Part shown: one piece after another, positions 60,685-64,000 of the stretch | Position numbering within the stretch: the first letter of the stretch is position 1 | How the letters are laid out: the number at the start of each line of letters is the position of its first letter | DNA from: Gammaproteobacteria bacterium | GTDB lineage: Bacteria; Pseudomonadota; Gammaproteobacteria; Steroidobacterales; PWYM01 | DNA: 64,000 nt | Assembly (NCBI GenBank): GCA_020832005.1 | Contig: JAFIFN010000003.1 | Location: 175-64,174 of the forward strand | Direction: 5' to 3' | Notes under the pieces: generated by a model | Seen by the model: only the letters and a program-made list of their open reading frames with translations | Told to the model about the DNA's origin: nothing | Databases searched by the model: none | Made by a program: the position numbers and the translations under genes

Positions 60685-63117
60685 ATGAAGGTCCATTCCA
60701 GAGGGAGGGTTGCGGCCGCGGTGGCCTGTGCGCTGGGCACCGGTGTGCTGGCCACGCCGGTTGTCGCGCAGGACGGGCGCAGTGCCCAGGCGCTCGAGGA
60801 GATCGTCGTGACCGCGCGCAAGCGCGAGGAGAGCCTGCAGGATGTGCCGATTTCGGTGACGGCGTTCTCCGGCGATCGCCTGAGCGAGCTGCAGATCAGA
60901 AACGCAACCGATATTGCTGAGTTCACCCCGGGATTTTCGTTCCAGAGCTATCTCGGTCGCGACGAGGATCGTCCGGTGGTGCGTGGCATGGCCAACATCC
61001 TGGGCCAGGCCAACGCCTCGTTCTTCATCGATGGCGTGTACGTGCCCGGTTCGATTGCCTCGACCGAGCTTCGCAACCTCGAACGCGTGGAAGTGATCAA
61101 GGGGCCACAGGCTGCACTGTATGGTCGCGCGACGTTTGCCGGTGCCATCAACTACGTCACCCGGACGCCCGGCAATGAGTACGAAGGCGAAATCAGCCTG
61201 ACCGCAGCCGAGCACCGGGAATACGAAGTCGCAGCTTCGCACATGGGACCGATTATCCCCGATCAGCTGTACTACTACGTCGCAGGACGCTACTTCGAGT
61301 ATGGCGGCGAGTATCGCAACGAGCTGACCGGCCGCTATGTTGGCGACCAGGAGACTCTGAGCTTCACCGGCAAGCTCGTCTGGACGCCGACCGATACCTT
61401 CGATGCGACCTTGTCCCTGACGTATGCAGAGGACAACGACGGTCATCCCGCGCTGTTCCTGCAGCGCTTTGGCCAGAACAATTGTTTTGCGCGTGATCCG
61501 GTCAATGCGCCTGCTGCCCGCGGCTATTACTGCGGCGAGGCGCTTTGGAACGATACGGTGCGCCTGCGCACCGACGTACTGCCGGATGGCGGCGGTTTGC
61601 AGCGTGATGTCCTGCGCACCGCGCTGACCCTGAACTGGGATGTGTTCGGTGGTCACACGATCACCAGCGTCACCGGATTACAGGATGAGGAGATCACCCG
61701 GGAGCTTGACACTTCCTACGGCGGCTATGATCCTCTGGCGTATCTGTTCGCCGTGTTTGCACCGCTCAACGGCCAGTTCTGGCGGGTGCAGGACGAGGAG
61801 CGCCGCTCACTGTCACAGGAATTGCGCATCAGCTCGCCCACTGATCGCGCGTTTCGCTGGCTGGCCGGCACCTATTATTTCAATGACAAGTTCGACCTGT
61901 TCAACAATGACCGCATGAACCCGGGTACCAACTTCCCGTCGCAAGTTGATCCGAACAACGTCGTACGTCAGCCTAATACGTTTACCGAGACCCAGATCAT
62001 CGAGAATATGGCGGTGTTCGGTGGCGTCGAGCTGGACTTCAACGACCAATGGACGGCGACCGCGGAGCTTCGCTACGCAATCGATCGCCTTTCCAATGAC
62101 TTCGTCAATGTGACCGGTGTACCTTCAGCGTTCCAGAACGCGAAGTTCTACAGTCTCAGTCCCCGTGTGACGCTGAGTTATCAGTACAGCGACGAGCTGA
62201 CGATCTACGGCAACATCGCGCAAGGCAACAAGCCGGGCGGTTTCAATGACCCCGGGATCGAGCCCGAACTCCAGACCTACGACGAAGAGCAGTCGACGAA
62301 CTTTGAAATCGGCTTCAAGAGCCAGCTGTTCGACGGACGTGCCCGCTGGAACGTGGCGGCCTTCTACATCGACTGGAAGGATCAGCAGCTGACCTTTACC
62401 GGTGAGCGTGCCGACGGCTCATTGAACTCGTTCATCCAGAACGTCGGCAAGACACGCGTCATGGGTCTGGAGACCGAGTTTACGATGCTGCTGGCCGACA
62501 ACTGGACGATGGACTTGAGCTACTCGTTCGTCGACTCGGAGATTCGCCGCTACACAAGCGAGGATCAGGCCATCCTGCTCGGGTGTGCTTTGCCACCGGC
62601 CCAGGCAGGTAATCCCGCGGCGGTCGCCGCCTACGCAGCCTGTATCGAAGAGCGTGGCAGTGTCGCGGGCAACCAGACGCCGCGTTCACCGAAACACCAG
62701 GCCTCGCTGCGTTCGCAGTACAACGTGCCGATGGCCAACGGGCTGGAGTGGTTCCTCGGTGGCAACGTCACGCTGGAGTCGAGTCGTTACTCGCAGGTGC
62801 ACAATCTGGCCAAGACGGGGGATCGCTGGCTGGTGGGTGCGCAGACCGGTATCCGTGGGGAGCGCTGGGATGTGACCCTGTGGGGCAAGAACCTGTTCAA
62901 CGACAAGACCATCGTCGACATCTTGCGCTACATCGATACCAGTCACTGGGTGGAGGGGCCGGAGATTCCATGTACGGCGCCCGGCCTGAATCCGGCAGCG
63001 AATTGTGGACCGCTGTTTCGCTCGGGCCCCTGGGGTGGCTTCCAGACCCCGCGCGGCTTCGCCAATACCCTGCCGCGTCTGCGTCAGATCGGCGTGACGG
63101 CGAATTTGCGCTTCTAG
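60685..63117 (+). CDS. TonB-dependent outer-membrane receptor
   Basis: 810 aa. Signal peptide, plug with TonB-box-like EEIVVTARKREESLQDVPISVTAF. Barrel ending ...IGVTANLRF (aromatic C-terminus). No N-terminal signalling extension. SD GGGAGAG. Confidence 0.9.
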   Translation: MKVHSRGRVAAAVACALGTGVLATPVVAQDGRSAQALEEIVVTARKREESLQDVPISVTAFSGDRLSELQIRNATDIAEFTPGFSFQSYLGRDEDRPVVRGMANILGQANASFFIDGVYVPGSIASTELRNLERVEVIKGPQAALYGRATFAGAINYVTRTPGNEYEGEISLTAAEHREYEVAASHMGPIIPDQLYYYVAGRYFEYGGEYRNELTGRYVGDQETLSFTGKLVWTPTDTFDATLSLTYAEDNDGHPALFLQRFGQNNCFARDPVNAPAARGYYCGEALWNDTVRLRTDVLPDGGGLQRDVLRTALTLNWDVFGGHTITSVTGLQDEEITRELDTSYGGYDPLAYLFAVFAPLNGQFWRVQDEERRSLSQELRISSPTDRAFRWLAGTYYFNDKFDLFNNDRMNPGTNFPSQVDPNNVVRQPNTFTETQIIENMAVFGGVELDFNDQWTATAELRYAIDRLSNDFVNVTGVPSAFQNAKFYSLSPRVTLSYQYSDELTIYGNIAQGNKPGGFNDPGIEPELQTYDEEQSTNFEIGFKSQLFDGRARWNVAAFYIDWKDQQLTFTGERADGSLNSFIQNVGKTRVMGLETEFTMLLADNWTMDLSYSFVDSEIRRYTSEDQAILLGCALPPAQAGNPAAVAAYAACIEERGSVAGNQTPRSPKHQASLRSQYNVPMANGLEWFLGGNVTLESSRYSQVHNLAKTGDRWLVGAQTGIRGERWDVTLWGKNLFNDKTIVDILRYIDTSHWVEGPEIPCTAPGLNPAANCGPLFRSGPWGGFQTPRGFANTLPRLRQIGVTANLRF

Positions 63118-63165
63118 AACGTACTTCAGCGGGTCACCAGAACCCCGCACGGGTGCGCTGTTTGA

Positions 63166-63194
63166 GGCCGGGCAGAGATGCCCGGCCTTTTTTT
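63166..63194 (+). terminator. Rho-independent terminator after the TonB-dependent receptor
   Basis: GGCCGGGC-agagat-GCCCGGCC followed by seven T. Confidence 0.85.
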
Positions 63195-63236
63195 GGTCCG
63201 GTTGTCATCGCGCGGGTGGCCGGGTAGGGTGCGCCA

Positions 63237-64000
63237 ATGTTTTTGATCCGCGCATTCGGATGCGCAGTCATCGCTGGTGCGTTGTTTACGCCACTGCCTT
63301 GCGCGGCCGAGTCTGCGGGGGCAGATAATTCGGACAGCACACTCGAGCTTGGCGGGGCGCTGCGCTTCAATCTGGGTTGGCTTGACTACGCAGGCCCGCG
63401 CCGATGGAGCGACGTCGATGTGGAGTTGCTGCGTATCGACCTGCGGGGCAGCCACGGACCATTGAAATTCTCCGTGCAGCATCGATGGTACGAAGGTTTC
63501 GAGGCCGTGCATCATGCATGGGCCGGATGGACGCTGGATGCGGACCGCGATCTGCGGTTGGGCATCCAGCAGGTGCCGTTCGGGTTGCTGCCGTATGCCT
63601 CACAGAGCTTCTGGTTTGGCTCAGGTTATTACCTGGGGCTCGAGGACGATCACGATCTGGGCGTCGTGTGGCGCGATGAACGAGGTGATCGCAGCTGGCA
63701 TGCAGGTGTGTTGCTGCGAGACGAATACGGCACGGGACGCCGCTTTGCACGTTACTCGTTTGATGTTGCCACGACCGATGAATTGCCCTATCGCCAGGCC
63801 GAGCATCTGGTGCTGCGCTATGCACGTCGCCTCACCGGCGAGCGCTGGGCACTGGGCTGGGGCATGTCGGGAATGCTCGGGCGTGTGGAAAACCGCGACG
63901 ATGGCCAAACCCACGGTCACGTTGCCGCAGCAGTGCATCTGGAGGGCAGTGCGTCGTCCTGGACCGCCCAGCTTCAATGGGCACACTACGATTACGGGGT
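63237..64000 (+). CDS. Putative outer-membrane beta-barrel (porin-like) protein, 5' partial view (runs off window)
   Basis: This open frame is not in the supplied track because it has no stop in the window. MFLIRAFGCAVIAGALFTPLPCAAES is a signal peptide. It is followed by alternating aromatic/polar beta-strand-like segments (LRFNLGWLDY, LKFSVQHRWYEGF, SFWFGSGYYLGLE). Confidence 0.5.
   Translation, partial: MFLIRAFGCAVIAGALFTPLPCAAESAGADNSDSTLELGGALRFNLGWLDYAGPRRWSDVDVELLRIDLRGSHGPLKFSVQHRWYEGFEAVHHAWAGWTLDADRDLRLGIQQVPFGLLPYASQSFWFGSGYYLGLEDDHDLGVVWRDERGDRSWHAGVLLRDEYGTGRRFARYSFDVATTDELPYRQAEHLVLRYARRLTGERWALGWGMSGMLGRVENRDDGQTHGHVAAAVHLEGSASSWTAQLQWAHYDYG

Overview
GC-rich chromosomal segment (mid-60s % GC by eye) with gammaproteobacterial gene order. 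I cannot name the organism. All calls come from reading the six-frame translations and recalling family motifs. No BLAST or HMM search was run.

(1) Positions 1-520 are a less GC-rich islet holding a ribbon-helix-helix (RHH) gene and an overlapping gene for a small 2-TM membrane protein.

(2) Positions ~760-35250 are a long conserved housekeeping array. On the minus strand: dapE, an arsC-family gene, dapD, dapC, glnD and map. Divergent from these on the plus strand: rpsB-tsf-pyrH-frr-uppS-cdsA-dxr-rseP-bamA-skp-lpxD-fabZ-lpxA-lpxB-rnhB-dnaE-accA-tilS-pyrG-kdsA-eno-ftsB-ispD-ispF-truD. Many junctions are ATGA/TGATG overlaps, and the array ends at a clean intrinsic terminator.

(3) After a crotonase-family gene, ~27 kb (36.1-63.2 kb) is devoted to metal handling, mostly copper-type:
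- a same-strand merR-copA-cusC-cusB-cusA array with a MerR-type operator;
- an exported S9 peptidase;
- a second heavy-metal (HME) RND module, consisting of a His-rich small ORF, an outer-membrane factor, an adaptor with His tracts and the RND pump;
- a cluster I cannot match to a described system. It has a Cys-rich exported small protein, ycnI, a copC-copD fusion, two ABC-2 permeases and an ABC ATPase. It continues with a deletion scar, a diverged paralog of the Cys-rich protein and a TonB-dependent receptor.
A partial outer-membrane beta-barrel gene runs off the right edge.

I saw no rRNA, tRNA, CRISPR array, transposase or integrase. Many long ORFs in the supplied track are antisense shadow ORFs or upstream extensions typical of high-GC DNA. 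I trimmed several starts accordingly.
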